Below, piece after piece: positions 48,559-59,520 of a stretch of DNA of 61,750 bases (within the stretch, counting starts at the first letter, position 1; each line of letters opens with the position of its first letter). The DNA lies in IMG/VR virus record IMGVR_UViG_3300025168_000086, positions 1-61,750 of that record; one strand, given 5' to 3'. The notes beneath the pieces were generated by a model. It was not told the DNA's origin, ran no database searches, and worked only from the letters and a program-made list of their open reading frames with translations. Source of the stretch: a virus. Its lineage: Duplodnaviria > Caudoviricetes. The translations under genes and the position numbers were made by a program.

Positions 48559-51068
48559 GTGAAAAGTCCCTCTAGTGTTGCTTCTTCTTTAGACTTCCAC
48601 CCAATTGCAGTAAGAATTGTTTGCAATGGATCCAAAAAACTTGTGGTGAATTGCTTATCATAATCAATAAATCTATGTAAGTCAAGTTCTTTAGGAATTT
48701 TAGTGGGGAAAGAAATTACCTTATCTCCCCTACCACCACCGATGGGATTTGGTTCCTTTAGGTAAATAAATTTAATTTTATCTCCCTCTTGTATTTTTTC
48801 ATATTTATGACAAAGATTAGCTTTCTTTACAAAGAAATTATAAATCAAAGATCCCTTGACTGCAATTGGAGTTCCCTTGGAATATATGTTTGATGGAGAA
48901 GAATATTTTTCTAGATTTGAAACACTACGAGGAAATGCAATTTCTTCTGGATCAAACTTAAAGAAATTTGTTTCAAATTCAGATACAAATTTCTGAATAA
49001 CAGTTTCATCTGTAGTAAGAATTAGGCGAATAACTTCTTTGAGTTTTTCGCGAACGACTGCGGGAGTTGAACTTCTAGTAGTTTCAATTCCCATGATCTT
49101 AAGTTTAGGTTCATCGTATCGAATCCCTTCTGAATCCCAAACATTTAACGCATATCGTTTCTTGGCGGTCCAAACACCTCTCTCAGAAATAACTTCTCTA
49201 CCCATTTGCATTTTGTTTTCATAAGCATTCATCATCTTAGCGAGTTCATCGTAATTTTTGTCAATAAGAGGTTGGATAATCTTATCTGAACTTTCATCTA
49301 AGAAATTAACAATCTTATTTACATCAGTACATTCAGGAAGAAATCGATCAACCAATTTGCTCAGTCTAACATAAATCGAGTCTGTGTCTGATGCAACAAC
49401 ATAGTCGTAGTTTTCGGTTCCAATTGTATTGTTTAGGAAAACATTCAATTTATCAGCAACCCAACGAATACTCAATTGACCCGAAGTGGTGATTGCTTCT
49501 GCAACATCAGTTGAATAATACCTAAAATATTGATTACCAATTGCACCATAAGCAGAGTTAAGTTGAATCTTACGAACCATCTGAAAGTTATTGTACTTGG
49601 TAATTTTATTTTCTAGATTCGGTTCACCCGCTTGTTGACGTTTCTGACAATCGATCATTTTCTTCTTATATGTCTTTCTTTCAGCATACATCTTAGACAT
49701 CAATTCTGGAAGGAACCCACGAATCTCGCGAGTGTAACATGTACCATTTGCTGCCACTGAATAATTTTTATCAGTATGCTTCTTCAACGCTCTTTTAAAA
49801 TGATCAGATTGTTCACCAAGAGCAGCGTTTGGTGTGATAATAAAATCTTGTGGTTGATTAATTTTTGTCTCTGGACTAATATTGTATTGCATAATAAGGT
49901 GTGGGTATAGACTGTTCAAGTCAAAAGACACAACCCAATCATGCATTCCTGTGATTGGATCCTTTACATATGCGCCAACATATTGCTCATCTTTTTTCCC
50001 GCCCTTCTTGGGAGGAATTACAATATTTTCTTTTCTGAGGTGATGGTAGATAATTTGATCCCATGTTCTAACTTGAGAGAAAACATCCTCATAGTTCACC
50101 TTGGCAGAATAAGCTAATGCAAGGGCAAGCTCAAGTAATTTCATCTTATCTTCTAACATCTCAATCAACTCAACATCACGAACATTATACTCCATAAACT
50201 TTTGGAAGTCATTGCGATAAAAATCTCTAATTGTTTCGTATTCACCATAACCGAGTTTGCGTTCACCAAGTTCAACAAACGTAATGTGATCTAGTTTATA
50301 TGATTCTTGATTTTTATATGTAAAAGTTCGATACAAGTCCAAGTAATCTAGAATAGAAACACCAAGAATCTGGAAAGTCAAATGCTTCTTACTGGATCGT
50401 TCAATTTCTTTCTCTCTGATTTTTTTCCATGGAGAAAGTTGTGCTGTCTCAACTGGAGTGAGTAGTTTGTTCATTCTTTGAACAAGATATGGAATATCAA
50501 AAAACTTAATGTTCCAACCAGTTACAATGTCTGGGTGTTCCATTTTCCAAATGTCTAGAAAATCGGCGAGAAGATCCTCTTCATGTTCATAGTTTCTACA
50601 ATCAACATTGTCAATGTGAAACTCACCAAGTCCAAGCACATACTTCTTTCCATTAACAGAAAGAGTGATACCAATAACTTCCTCTTGTGGATCGTCAACT
50701 TGAGGAAACCCATGCTCACATTGCGTTTCGATATCGATATGAGCGATGACAATTTTTTCCATGTCATAGTCAACTTCACCCGAAAATTCATCACCAATAT
50801 ACTGATAAACGTAATCAGTATTACCATATATGTTGAAGTTAGGAATACCTTTGTATTTGTTAACAAACTCCCGACATTCTGAAATGTTTCCGGGGTTGAT
50901 CGACTCTACAAATGTACCTTCCAATGTCTTAAATTCAGTTTCTTTATTTGATGGAACAAATAAAGTTGGTTGATATTTAACAACTCGCTTTACTGCTATT
51001 CCATTTTCAATCGCTCGATAGAGAATACCATCCCCAACGAGTGACACATTAGTATAGAAATTTGTCAT
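48555..51068 (-). CDS. gp43: family B DNA polymerase (T4 gp43-like)
   Basis: DIET exonuclease, SFDLNSLYPH, KIQLNSAYG, SDTDS, KKRY. Confidence 0.97.
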   Translation of the reverse strand: MTNFYTNVSLVGDGILYRAIENGIAVKRVVKYQPTLFVPSNKETEFKTLEGTFVESINPGNISECREFVNKYKGIPNFNIYGNTDYVYQYIGDEFSGEVDYDMEKIVIAHIDIETQCEHGFPQVDDPQEEVIGITLSVNGKKYVLGLGEFHIDNVDCRNYEHEEDLLADFLDIWKMEHPDIVTGWNIKFFDIPYLVQRMNKLLTPVETAQLSPWKKIREKEIERSSKKHLTFQILGVSILDYLDLYRTFTYKNQESYKLDHITFVELGERKLGYGEYETIRDFYRNDFQKFMEYNVRDVELIEMLEDKMKLLELALALAYSAKVNYEDVFSQVRTWDQIIYHHLRKENIVIPPKKGGKKDEQYVGAYVKDPITGMHDWVVSFDLNSLYPHLIMQYNISPETKINQPQDFIITPNAALGEQSDHFKRALKKHTDKNYSVAANGTCYTREIRGFLPELMSKMYAERKTYKKKMIDCQKRQQAGEPNLENKITKYNNFQMVRKIQLNSAYGAIGNQYFRYYSTDVAEAITTSGQLSIRWVADKLNVFLNNTIGTENYDYVVASDTDSIYVRLSKLVDRFLPECTDVNKIVNFLDESSDKIIQPLIDKNYDELAKMMNAYENKMQMGREVISERGVWTAKKRYALNVWDSEGIRYDEPKLKIMGIETTRSSTPAVVREKLKEVIRLILTTDETVIQKFVSEFETNFFKFDPEEIAFPRSVSNLEKYSSPSNIYSKGTPIAVKGSLIYNFFVKKANLCHKYEKIQEGDKIKFIYLKEPNPIGGGRGDKVISFPTKIPKELDLHRFIDYDKQFTTSFLDPLQTILTAIGWKSKEEATLEGLFT

Positions 51069-51070
51069 AT

Positions 51071-51526
51071 TTAAACCGGGTGGTGCATTACCGTGTTGGG
51101 TGGAAGATCTTTAGTTTCGTCATCGAAGATTGTAGATGTAGGTCCCGTTGGTAGCTTGATAACTTTGTGACTTGGTGCTTCATTTGGCGCAAGATCTTGC
51201 TCTGATTCTGGATTATCTTTATCTTGAACGTAAGCACCAAGGAGAACCATATAATTAACAACATCAATCATAGTGTCATAAAAACTCTCATCCTCAACGT
51301 GCATCTTACCAGACTCAAGAAAAGAACTCATCCGACTAATCTTATCAATCACCCGAACAAGAAAACCAGTCTCTGTTTGACAGACACCCATAGATTCACA
51401 TCGTGTAAAATTAGCAAAAGGTTCCTTTCCTCCATTACCAGCATAGTCACGATTTTTAAGACTCATGAGATTTCTGGCATCTTCACATACTGATACATGA
51501 AATTTAATTAATTCATCACGATTCAT
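51071..51526 (-). CDS. nucleotide-modification-associated domain 1 (DUF1599-like) protein
   Basis: KNRDYA..PFANF..DKISR..DTMIDVVNY. Confidence 0.7.
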   Translation of the reverse strand: MNRDELIKFHVSVCEDARNLMSLKNRDYAGNGGKEPFANFTRCESMGVCQTETGFLVRVIDKISRMSSFLESGKMHVEDESFYDTMIDVVNYMVLLGAYVQDKDNPESEQDLAPNEAPSHKVIKLPTGPTSTIFDDETKDLPPNTVMHHPV

Positions 51527-52104
51527 CAGTTTACTCCTGTGCTTCCGAACCCACCGACTCGACTCGTCTTCTGTGTGGGCATTTCTGGGATTTGTTTAAT
51601 TTCATATTCCACGTTCTCGATCATTTCGGCTTGTGCAATTCTTTCACCGTGATGAATTCTAACCGTCTGGTTGCTCGAATTGTACAACATCATATAACAC
51701 TCATGATAATAATCAGAGTCAATTATACCTTCCCCATTCACCATCATCAATCCCTTTTTCAGAGAAAGACTTGACCTACTGTGAAGTCGCACAGAGAAAC
51801 CTTCTGGAATATCAAAGATCAATCCAGTAGGAATCAGAACACGATTCTGCATAGGGATACTAATATAAGAATGTGAATTATCCCCCTGAACAGTAGTAGC
51901 ATCTGTGGTCATATCATATAGACGCTCCTTGTTCACAGAGTCATATCCACGAACAACCATACCCGGCTCAAAGTGAGCATACAAGTCGAAGCAGGCAGAT
52001 TGTTCGGTTCCCCAGATTGGTTGTTTCACACTATCGTGTAGTGGGTAGAAACCCAAAAAATCAGTCATCATATTTTCACCAAAGTTCCAGTCATTATCAG
52101 ACAT
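51526..52104 (-). CDS. dut: trimeric dUTPase
   Basis: SACFDL, IPTGL, SRSSL, GIIDSDY, ERIAQ, RVGGFGSTG. Confidence 0.93.
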   Translation of the reverse strand: MSDNDWNFGENMMTDFLGFYPLHDSVKQPIWGTEQSACFDLYAHFEPGMVVRGYDSVNKERLYDMTTDATTVQGDNSHSYISIPMQNRVLIPTGLIFDIPEGFSVRLHSRSSLSLKKGLMMVNGEGIIDSDYYHECYMMLYNSSNQTVRIHHGERIAQAEMIENVEYEIKQIPEMPTQKTSRVGGFGSTGVN

Positions 52105-52126
52105 AATATATTCCTTTCACACTAAC

Positions 52127-52154
52127 ATAATAACACCAATACAAAAAATGTCAA
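52127..52154 (-). promoter_or_regulatory. sigma70-type promoter for the replication operon
   Basis: TTGACA-16 nt-TATTAT with TGn, upstream of the dut RBS. Confidence 0.75.
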
Positions 52155-52155
52155 G

Positions 52156-52386
52156 CTATTTTGCTGCTAAACCATCATCCTCTGAGGTTGGATCATAAAC
52201 AATAGTTTTGATGGTTTCTGCGTTTGCCAATAGACCAGTTGCAGTGGCAACCAAAGCATCAATCAACTGAGTGTCTAGATCAGTTTTAGGTGCGATTTCC
52301 TTGAAGTTGTATGCGATGGCTTCAAGCCTCGATTGCATCTTATTGACATCGGCAATAAGAGCGGCGTAGTGTTGAATGTTAATCAT
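52156..52386 (-). CDS. small helical hypothetical protein
   Basis: AAGGA RBS. Confidence 0.65.
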   Translation of the reverse strand: MINIQHYAALIADVNKMQSRLEAIAYNFKEIAPKTDLDTQLIDALVATATGLLANAETIKTIVYDPTSEDDGLAAK

Positions 52387-52401
52387 TGTAAGTTCCTTAT
52401 T

Positions 52402-52863
52402 TTAAAATGTTAGGGTGACAGTTATAGTTATGTTGTCGGTGTCATCAAGATTATTGTCAGTCCAAAAAGTTCCGGCTGCGGTGTCGCTTGTTGTCATATC
52501 AAATCTAGGTCTAGAGGCGGTTCCGTTAATAGAAACCGAGTCTGGTGTAAATACATTACCTCCCACAGTAAGTGTGGCGGAGGTCAAATTATTTCCAATA
52601 TCAGCCTTGGTTTCAAATCCTGAAACACTGTCATCATTATCGGTCCTATATTGAATGATACTATTACCACTCAGCCTAAATTGGTTGTTGTTATTAAAAG
52701 GAGAAAATTGATCAGCTAGACTACCGCTTTCTGTTCCAGTGCTGTCCTGTTTTCTTCTGTCTATCAGGGACACACCACGAGCGATCGCTCTATCAGTTTG
52801 GACCTCATAGATGTACTGTGCGGTCGTTGACTGCGTGGGGAAGAATAGCCATTTAGGAGTCAT
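52402..52863 (-). CDS. Thr-rich beta-structured protein (fibre-associated)
   Basis: ATGA-coupled to the fibre gene. Confidence 0.65.
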   Translation of the reverse strand: MTPKWLFFPTQSTTAQYIYEVQTDRAIARGVSLIDRRKQDSTGTESGSLADQFSPFNNNNQFRLSGNSIIQYRTDNDDSVSGFETKADIGNNLTSATLTVGGNVFTPDSVSINGTASRPRFDMTTSDTAAGTFWTDNNLDDTDNITITVTLTF

Positions 52864-54272
52864 GATGTTGTAGTATACTCCACACTAAAGATAACATCAG
52901 TAGCAGATGAATTACTCGAAGTAACAATACTCATAGTTGCTCCTGCTGAAACAGAAGTATTACCCAAGGAACTCTGAACTCCGCTCGTAGTGCTCACACT
53001 AGCAGCTTTAACTGTGGCGGCTGCATTTTTCAAAGTCGCTGTCACTGTACCAGAACCAGATTTAATGAAATAGCCAGTAATTGTTCTTGCTGTCGCTGGT
53101 GATGGATCGATAACATATGTTTTATCCGAAGCAGTTTCAATTTGACCTGTGTATGAATCAGTTCTAGTGGCAGTCACCAACCCAGTTCCATCAGCAAAAG
53201 TAATCCCTCTGTTACCTAGTGTTACACCAAGAGCTTGGATAGTTCCGGTTGTAAGTGTTGCAACATCGGGGCGGAAGAATAATCCTTCAGAAGTACTACC
53301 ACTGTCAGTCTTCAATCCAAGCGAGACTGATCCTGATGCGGAACCCGCAGCAAAAGGAATTCTATATTGTGTGCTATCATCCACAGCAGTAACTTGTACA
53401 TTATTCGCAATAGTCGCTGTTGATGCGGTGCTTGCCGAAAGAGCGACAGTCGCTGTACCTACCATGACACCGCTAGAAATCAGAACCGATCCAACCGTGG
53501 ACGCACCACACGATATACCACTAGACTCTACTAACCCTGCAAACGTGGCTCCTGCTGCTGCGGATATACCAGTAAGGATTTTGAAGTCCCCAGCATTCAC
53601 TTCTAGTTTTCTTTGGTTAACATCAAAGCTAATTTGCTGCGACGAATCATCAACTACAAGTTTTGTGCTGGAACCACCATCTTCGGGATCACCCAATGAT
53701 ACTTTATTATTACTCTCGACTTTAATTAAAGGCTCATCAGCACCAACTTGAATACCATTAGCATTTGCCATCACAGCATTTCCAGTGAGTTGTAGAATAC
53801 TAAATGTTGCTCCCTTGTCACCCGACACACCACCAATGAAGTGGGTTCTACCAGTTACGTCCAATGCACCTGTAATATTAACGTCACCACTGTGGTTGAC
53901 GATACCACCAAAGGTTGCTCCACCATCAGAGGAGATACCTGCTAGATGAATATGTGGTAATATATTCCGTGCAAGAACACTACCAGTCAAACCATCAAAC
54001 GAACCAACCCCAGTAACTGAACCAGTTAACCCATTAAATGAACATACAACATCAACCACATCACCTGTGTTCCCACATACAGAAGAAACACCAATTACAT
54101 CACCGGTAGCTCCATTGAACGAGTCAACAACGTCACCACCGCTGTGACCATGATCACTATCTGTTGTAGCTTTATCCCACGCAGAGCCGTTCCATACCCA
54201 TGACTTAGCTCCTATTTGGTGCGTAGTAACATTGGTAACTAAATCATTTACTGGAAAGTTTATTGCAACCAT
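52860..54272 (-). CDS. tail fibre-like protein
   Basis: INFP..W.WNGSAW N-terminus; four S(F/V)xGxTG(D/S)V repeats; three G(I/V)S...GATF repeats. Confidence 0.75.
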   Translation of the reverse strand: MVAINFPVNDLVTNVTTHQIGAKSWVWNGSAWDKATTDSDHGHSGGDVVDSFNGATGDVIGVSSVCGNTGDVVDVVCSFNGLTGSVTGVGSFDGLTGSVLARNILPHIHLAGISSDGGATFGGIVNHSGDVNITGALDVTGRTHFIGGVSGDKGATFSILQLTGNAVMANANGIQVGADEPLIKVESNNKVSLGDPEDGGSSTKLVVDDSSQQISFDVNQRKLEVNAGDFKILTGISAAAGATFAGLVESSGISCGASTVGSVLISSGVMVGTATVALSASTASTATIANNVQVTAVDDSTQYRIPFAAGSASGSVSLGLKTDSGSTSEGLFFRPDVATLTTGTIQALGVTLGNRGITFADGTGLVTATRTDSYTGQIETASDKTYVIDPSPATARTITGYFIKSGSGTVTATLKNAAATVKAASVSTTSGVQSSLGNTSVSAGATMSIVTSSNSSATDVIFSVEYTTTS

Positions 54273-55453
54273 TAAATTTCAAACCATTCGTTAGTGTTTC
54301 TCATTCGTAAAACTCCACCGCCACTACCTGTATCGAACCAGAGTTCGCCCGTCATGACCTCTTTATTTTCCGTAGATGGATCTGTATCAGAAATATACAC
54401 AGGAGAACTGACCTGAACATCCTTTCCGTGTCTAGCTACATCAATATTTATACCACGGAATTTTATGTCACTAACAGAACCAATCAAAAGTCTACCGTCT
54501 TTTTTAATTCCAACTGCACCACCACCACCAATAGCGGTGAGTAGGTTATTAATTTCCAACCCAGATAAATTAGAAGTTCCTAACTTTGCTACAACTCTTT
54601 CTATTGCTTTTTCATCTAAATGTAACTTACCAGTCGAATCTTCATACTTTAATGGAAATTTTACTTTTAGTTTTGGTGATTCTCCATCTTGTCCACGCAC
54701 ACCCGGAGATCCTACCGATCCACGTTCTCCCCTATCTCCTTTGGGCCCCTTAGCACCAACATTTCCTTTGAGACCTTTAAGTCCACGATCACCTTTATCA
54801 CCCTTTGTGCCATCTTTTCCGGGTAATCCATCGATCCCATCTTTACCATCATTACCGTCAGTACCGTCAGCACCATCTTTACCCGGTGATCCATCAACTC
54901 CATCAACACCCGGAATACCTTGCGATCCTTCTATGCCCGGTAGCCCGGGTTCACCTTGATCTCCTTTGGGACCAGGATCGCCCGGTAAACCATTGATACC
55001 CTGTGCTCCCTCTGGTCCAGGCTCTCCCTGTGGACCTTGCGGTCCATCTAATCCTTGCGGTCCTTCTACGCCCTGTTCACCATCATAACCGCGCATACCT
55101 TGCGGCCCTTCAGTTCCCATGACACCCGGATCCCCCTTCTGTCCGGGTGGACCGGGTAGACCGGGCTTTCCTTGAACCTGCTCAACCACCGGTCTAGATT
55201 TCTCAATAACCTCTTTGATTACCGGTGTTTGTTTTCTCTGAGGTTTGCTTTCATATACTACTTCTAGTACTTCTTTTATTGCGCGTTGGGGCCCCTGTAA
55301 AAGAAAAATTTCACCGTGATCATTTATAATATGCACTTCACCCAAACCAAACCCTAACGATATTCTAACGTCGGGTTCAGTCTGATTTATCTGTTCTACG
55401 ATAGAACCAACTGATAAATTTTCATGTATGTTTTTAGCAACAATGAATTGCAT
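54272..55453 (-). CDS. collagen triple-helix repeat protein
   Basis: Long uninterrupted G-X-Y tract; GGGGAV and GELWFDT fibre motifs. Confidence 0.88.
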   Translation of the reverse strand: MQFIVAKNIHENLSVGSIVEQINQTEPDVRISLGFGLGEVHIINDHGEIFLLQGPQRAIKEVLEVVYESKPQRKQTPVIKEVIEKSRPVVEQVQGKPGLPGPPGQKGDPGVMGTEGPQGMRGYDGEQGVEGPQGLDGPQGPQGEPGPEGAQGINGLPGDPGPKGDQGEPGLPGIEGSQGIPGVDGVDGSPGKDGADGTDGNDGKDGIDGLPGKDGTKGDKGDRGLKGLKGNVGAKGPKGDRGERGSVGSPGVRGQDGESPKLKVKFPLKYEDSTGKLHLDEKAIERVVAKLGTSNLSGLEINNLLTAIGGGGAVGIKKDGRLLIGSVSDIKFRGINIDVARHGKDVQVSSPVYISDTDPSTENKEVMTGELWFDTGSGGGVLRMRNTNEWFEI

Positions 55454-56751
55454 TATCTACTCTTTACGGTTTTTTTCTTTCCCTTGGGAGAAGCAGTTTT
55501 GGTTGACTTTTTTACTCCCCGATTCTTTTTCTTTTCTAGCTTTTCTTCGATGTTGATTTTTTCTTTCTTGATCTTCTCAAGTTCATGATCAATATTATTC
55601 TTGAATTCATCAGAATGAATTGAACTCAAAACTTTTTCATACTCTTCGAAATTTTTAGCTACCCGATCCCTTGCTTCTCCTTCGGGTACCATATTATCCT
55701 CTAGTAACTTTTTACATGCAGAATAACCAACATGAGGCTTTCCGGCATAATATGCAGAAGCAGCAACTTCATCTAAGACGGACCAAGTATAAACATCTTC
55801 CTGAACAAAAAGTATATCATCCTGTGGGTATGGAATTTCAATGGCGTTTTTTGCAAATACATAAGCAATTGCAGGTCTACCATTCATTCTATTCAGTCTT
55901 GCTAGATGATATAGTGGTTCTGCTCTACTAGGTCTAGAAGCATGTGCCAAGAGAAATTTATCTTGTATTTGTTCGAATGGTTTACCCAGTAATGCATAAG
56001 CCATTGCAACTCGAAGTAAAGCAAAGAAGCACTCTTCTGGCCATCCACCCATCTCAGCTCGTTTCTGGTAGGCTTCTGCTGCCTTTTCCCATTGCTGTGA
56101 GTCAAAATAACTCTGAGCAAGGTAGAACTGATACCGAGCATTTTTTGGATCCTCTAGTAGTGCGTTTTTTAATGTCTCAGCATCACGAGAATATTTTTCC
56201 TTTGGGTCAATTCCTACGTTTCTTGCACCTTCAGTTCTTGCTTCGAGATGATATTCACCTCCAAGTTTACCAATCTTTGGATTTTCCATTCCAACACATT
56301 GTGCATATTCATGAAGTATACCTTCATACTTCCATCCACAAGACAATCTAAATATCTGATTTCGCCACCAACTAAAATCACCACGATGAATAAGCAAAGC
56401 ATATGAATCTAGATCTAGATTACTAATATCGGGAGTCCCTACGATTTCATCGTCGGCATCAATTACCCAAGCAAAATCAGCCCCGCTCTTCTCTGCGTAT
56501 TGAAGTGATTCAGTTCTAGATCCCATTTTACCATTGTGATCACCAAAGCCTTTCCAGTCAGAGAGATAAACTTCACCCGGAACATTTAGCTCGTCCATGA
56601 TTTCTTTAATTTTCTCTGGTGTACCGTCAGTTGATCCGGTATCAGTAATATCATAACGATCGATGTAAGGGGCAATTGATTTTAGACATCGTTCAATGAC
56701 GTGTGTCTCATCTTTTACGATCATGCATAGAGTAATTGTTGGTTTGTTCAT
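55453..56751 (-). CDS. GT2 glycosyltransferase with TPR repeats
   Basis: LCMIVKDE, DTGSTDGT, IDADD, LHEY; TPR-like RYQFYLAQSYFD, RAEPLYHLA. Confidence 0.9.
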   Translation of the reverse strand: MNKPTITLCMIVKDETHVIERCLKSIAPYIDRYDITDTGSTDGTPEKIKEIMDELNVPGEVYLSDWKGFGDHNGKMGSRTESLQYAEKSGADFAWVIDADDEIVGTPDISNLDLDSYALLIHRGDFSWWRNQIFRLSCGWKYEGILHEYAQCVGMENPKIGKLGGEYHLEARTEGARNVGIDPKEKYSRDAETLKNALLEDPKNARYQFYLAQSYFDSQQWEKAAEAYQKRAEMGGWPEECFFALLRVAMAYALLGKPFEQIQDKFLLAHASRPSRAEPLYHLARLNRMNGRPAIAYVFAKNAIEIPYPQDDILFVQEDVYTWSVLDEVAASAYYAGKPHVGYSACKKLLEDNMVPEGEARDRVAKNFEEYEKVLSSIHSDEFKNNIDHELEKIKKEKINIEEKLEKKKNRGVKKSTKTASPKGKKKTVKSR

Positions 56752-56760
56752 ATTAAATCC

Positions 56761-57861
56761 TTATAATGAATATTTATCAGCAGCATCTAATTCTGCGGTT
56801 TCTGTATATGTATTTAGTCCATTCGTAACCACCTCTTCAGGAGCGGAAGCAACAACATCATCCAAACCCATTTCGACATTATTGAGAATCCAGGCATATG
56901 TTTTCTCGATACCTTCGCGCAGAGATTTTGATGGACACCAATTTAGTTTTTCTCGCATAAGATCATTATCAGAGTTTCTACCCCGCACACCAGTCGGACC
57001 ATCAATATGATTAATATCGACTTTCTTGTTAGCGACATCACTGACAATTTCCACTAACTGATTGATGGTTACCATTTCCTCCGAACCAATATTCATTGGT
57101 CCCATGAAATCACTTTCCATCATTTTTCTCATTGCATCAAGACACTCATCAATATAAAGGAACGAACGAGTCTGCTCTCCATCACCCCACATCTCAATTC
57201 TGGACACCTCCCCGTTGTAATGTGCGACTTCTGCTACCTTACGACACATAGCAGCGGGAGCTTTCTCTTTGCCATTGTTCCAAGAACCCTGAGGTCCAAA
57301 GATGTTATGAAATCTAGCGACTCTAATATCAAGCCCGTAGTTTCTGTTAAAAGCGAAGTAAAGTCTTTCACTAAACAACTTCTCCCACCCATACTCACTG
57401 TCAGGGGCAGCAGGATATGCTGAATCTTCAGAGCACTTTGGGTTGTCAGGATCTAGTTGGTTATATTCTGGGTACATACAAGCAGAAGATGAGTAAAAGA
57501 TCTTTGGTGGATTCTTAAATTCACTTGCAACCTTAGCAACATTAAGATTAATCATAGCGGAGTTGTGCATAACATTTGCATCATTATCTCCAGTAAAGAT
57601 ATAACCTGCACCGCCCATGTCCGCAGCAAGCTGATAAACTTCATCAAAAGTAATACTCAAATCACCAACGGCAGCTTTCATTGCACGGCGAACATTTCGT
57701 TCACTTCTAAGATCAAGAACCTGAAAGTCGTCACAAGGTAGATCAGTATATTCGTGCTCCTTGATATCAACGCCACGAACCCAATAACCTTCGTCCTTTA
57801 GTCTTTGCACTAAATGACCACCAATAAAACCACCTGCTCCACAAACTAATGCTGTTTTCAT
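56761..57861 (-). CDS. GDP-mannose 3,5-epimerase-like SDR
   Basis: GAGGFIG, LAADMGGAGYIF, YGWEK, KEKAPAAMCRK, GVRGRNSDN. Confidence 0.85.
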   Translation of the reverse strand: MKTALVCGAGGFIGGHLVQRLKDEGYWVRGVDIKEHEYTDLPCDDFQVLDLRSERNVRRAMKAAVGDLSITFDEVYQLAADMGGAGYIFTGDNDANVMHNSAMINLNVAKVASEFKNPPKIFYSSSACMYPEYNQLDPDNPKCSEDSAYPAAPDSEYGWEKLFSERLYFAFNRNYGLDIRVARFHNIFGPQGSWNNGKEKAPAAMCRKVAEVAHYNGEVSRIEMWGDGEQTRSFLYIDECLDAMRKMMESDFMGPMNIGSEEMVTINQLVEIVSDVANKKVDINHIDGPTGVRGRNSDNDLMREKLNWCPSKSLREGIEKTYAWILNNVEMGLDDVVASAPEEVVTNGLNTYTETAELDAADKYSL

Positions 57862-58862
57862 TTTTTTCTCCAAAACGAATAAATTCCTTTGTCAATTTCA
57901 AATTTATCAAAATCTCGACGCTCTCGATTTTCTTGTTCCTTTGCCCAATTCCACATTTCAGTTAGACCATCCTTTAAAGATGTATTGTCAACATAATCTA
58001 AAAGATCAACTGACTTCTGGTGGGTGGACCACGCGAACTTAGCTTCGTGTCTTTCTTCTAGATGTTTTATTTCACCACCACCCATAACCTCTAATAAAAT
58101 ATTAGCTGCTTCTTTGATTGAGTATTCTTTAATTCCACCTAGATTAATAATTTCCTTTGATGCTCGTGGATCTACTGCGGCTTTCCACAATGACTCGACA
58201 CAATCATCAATATAACTAAATGCTCTTTTCTGTTCACCGTCACCGAAGATGGTTAGTGGTTGCCCATTTAAATGTTGATACATCCAAATACCTAAGACGT
58301 TCCTGTATTTGTCCCAAATATTTTGTTTGATACCATACACATTATGTGGACGAATAATACACCAATCAAGATTATGTTGCTTCCCAGCTATTACTAAGTC
58401 CTGCTCACATGCGGACTTTGCAATACCATATGGATCGATAGGCTTTCTTGACATATCTTCTGAGAAAGGTGGATTCTGATCTCCATACACAGCCATACTT
58501 GAAGTGAATACCAAACGCTTAATGTCATGATTGATACAATTATTAATTACATTAGCTGTACATACTGTATTATTTTGATAATTGTAACTACGAATGAATG
58601 GGCTAAGTCCCTCTGCGGCATAAGCTGCAAAGTGAAAAACATAATCTGGCTTTTCTTCCTCAAACACCCAATTCAAATTATCTGAATTTAACAAATTTTC
58701 CTGATGTCTATTCCAGAATTTAACTTTGGGATTTACATTTTCCTTATAACCACCAGACATATCATCAAAACCAATAACCTCATAGTCGGGGTGATTTTCA
58801 ATAATCCAATCTGCTAGGCGGGATCCCAAAAGCCCTGCTACACCTGTAATCAATACTTTCAT
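57858..58862 (-). CDS. NAD-dependent sugar epimerase/dehydratase
   Basis: TGVAGLLG, SSMAVYG, YGIAK, RPHNVYG. Confidence 0.9.
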   Translation of the reverse strand: MKVLITGVAGLLGSRLADWIIENHPDYEVIGFDDMSGGYKENVNPKVKFWNRHQENLLNSDNLNWVFEEEKPDYVFHFAAYAAEGLSPFIRSYNYQNNTVCTANVINNCINHDIKRLVFTSSMAVYGDQNPPFSEDMSRKPIDPYGIAKSACEQDLVIAGKQHNLDWCIIRPHNVYGIKQNIWDKYRNVLGIWMYQHLNGQPLTIFGDGEQKRAFSYIDDCVESLWKAAVDPRASKEIINLGGIKEYSIKEAANILLEVMGGGEIKHLEERHEAKFAWSTHQKSVDLLDYVDNTSLKDGLTEMWNWAKEQENRERRDFDKFEIDKGIYSFWRKK

Positions 58863-58863
58863 T

Positions 58864-59520
58864 TTAAAAAGTCACTTTCTCTTTTTTATGTGGTTGCTGT
58901 ACTGTATATTCTTTATATGGTTCTATTACTTTATATTTATTATTAGTTTTGTAACAAGAATAATCAAAACTCAATTGATCCCTATAACTAAACTGAGCAA
59001 CCATAGACCACCACTGTTCATTTAGTTTTGCTATTTGTGGAGTATTTCTTCTTACCAATAGATGACATGCACCAAGACCATTATTTTCTGGATAACCATT
59101 AAATCTCATATGCGCAACTTCATCATCAACCACATCAGGATCCTCATATTTTAACACATCACGTATTTCTTTAGCCTCAGCGTAAGCACACGATCGGTAT
59201 GGATTTTTATGTAGAGCGATATCGTGATCCGTTAAAAACTCATCAATAAAAAACTGTGGGTGTCTGTTGATAAACATATTTGAGTCAACGTAAATTGTAT
59301 AATCATAGTTCGGAAAATATAAATGTGAGTTAATTTTTGGATGTCGTGAAGTCTTTCTAACTGTATCAGATGTCAACATTGGAGCCTTGAGTTGCCAACC
59401 CGACACACTTTTCGGCTCCTCTTCGTCTGTTATCATGAATAAATCAACTCCCGGAATTTCCGGTATCGATATATTTTCATCATAACCACCTATGTTCACA
59501 GTGTAAACAGCTATCTTCAT
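58864..59520 (-). CDS. DUF616 (TOD1/MUCI70-like) glycosyltransferase-like protein
   Basis: VYT..GGYD, SRHPKI, YVDSN, R.C.Y.EA, RDQLSF. Confidence 0.78.
   Translation of the reverse strand: MKIAVYTVNIGGYDENISIPEIPGVDLFMITDEEEPKSVSGWQLKAPMLTSDTVRKTSRHPKINSHLYFPNYDYTIYVDSNMFINRHPQFFIDEFLTDHDIALHKNPYRSCAYAEAKEIRDVLKYEDPDVVDDEVAHMRFNGYPENNGLGACHLLVRRNTPQIAKLNEQWWSMVAQFSYRDQLSFDYSCYKTNNKYKVIEPYKEYTVQQPHKKEKVTF

Noticed and set aside
37318-51068. Introns or inteins in nrdJ, gp41, uvsX or gp43
   Set aside because: All are continuous ORFs of ordinary length without intein motifs
53149-54959. Plus-strand ORFs opposite the fibre and collagen genes
   Set aside because: Antisense shadows of Gly/Thr- and G-X-Y-rich coding sequence
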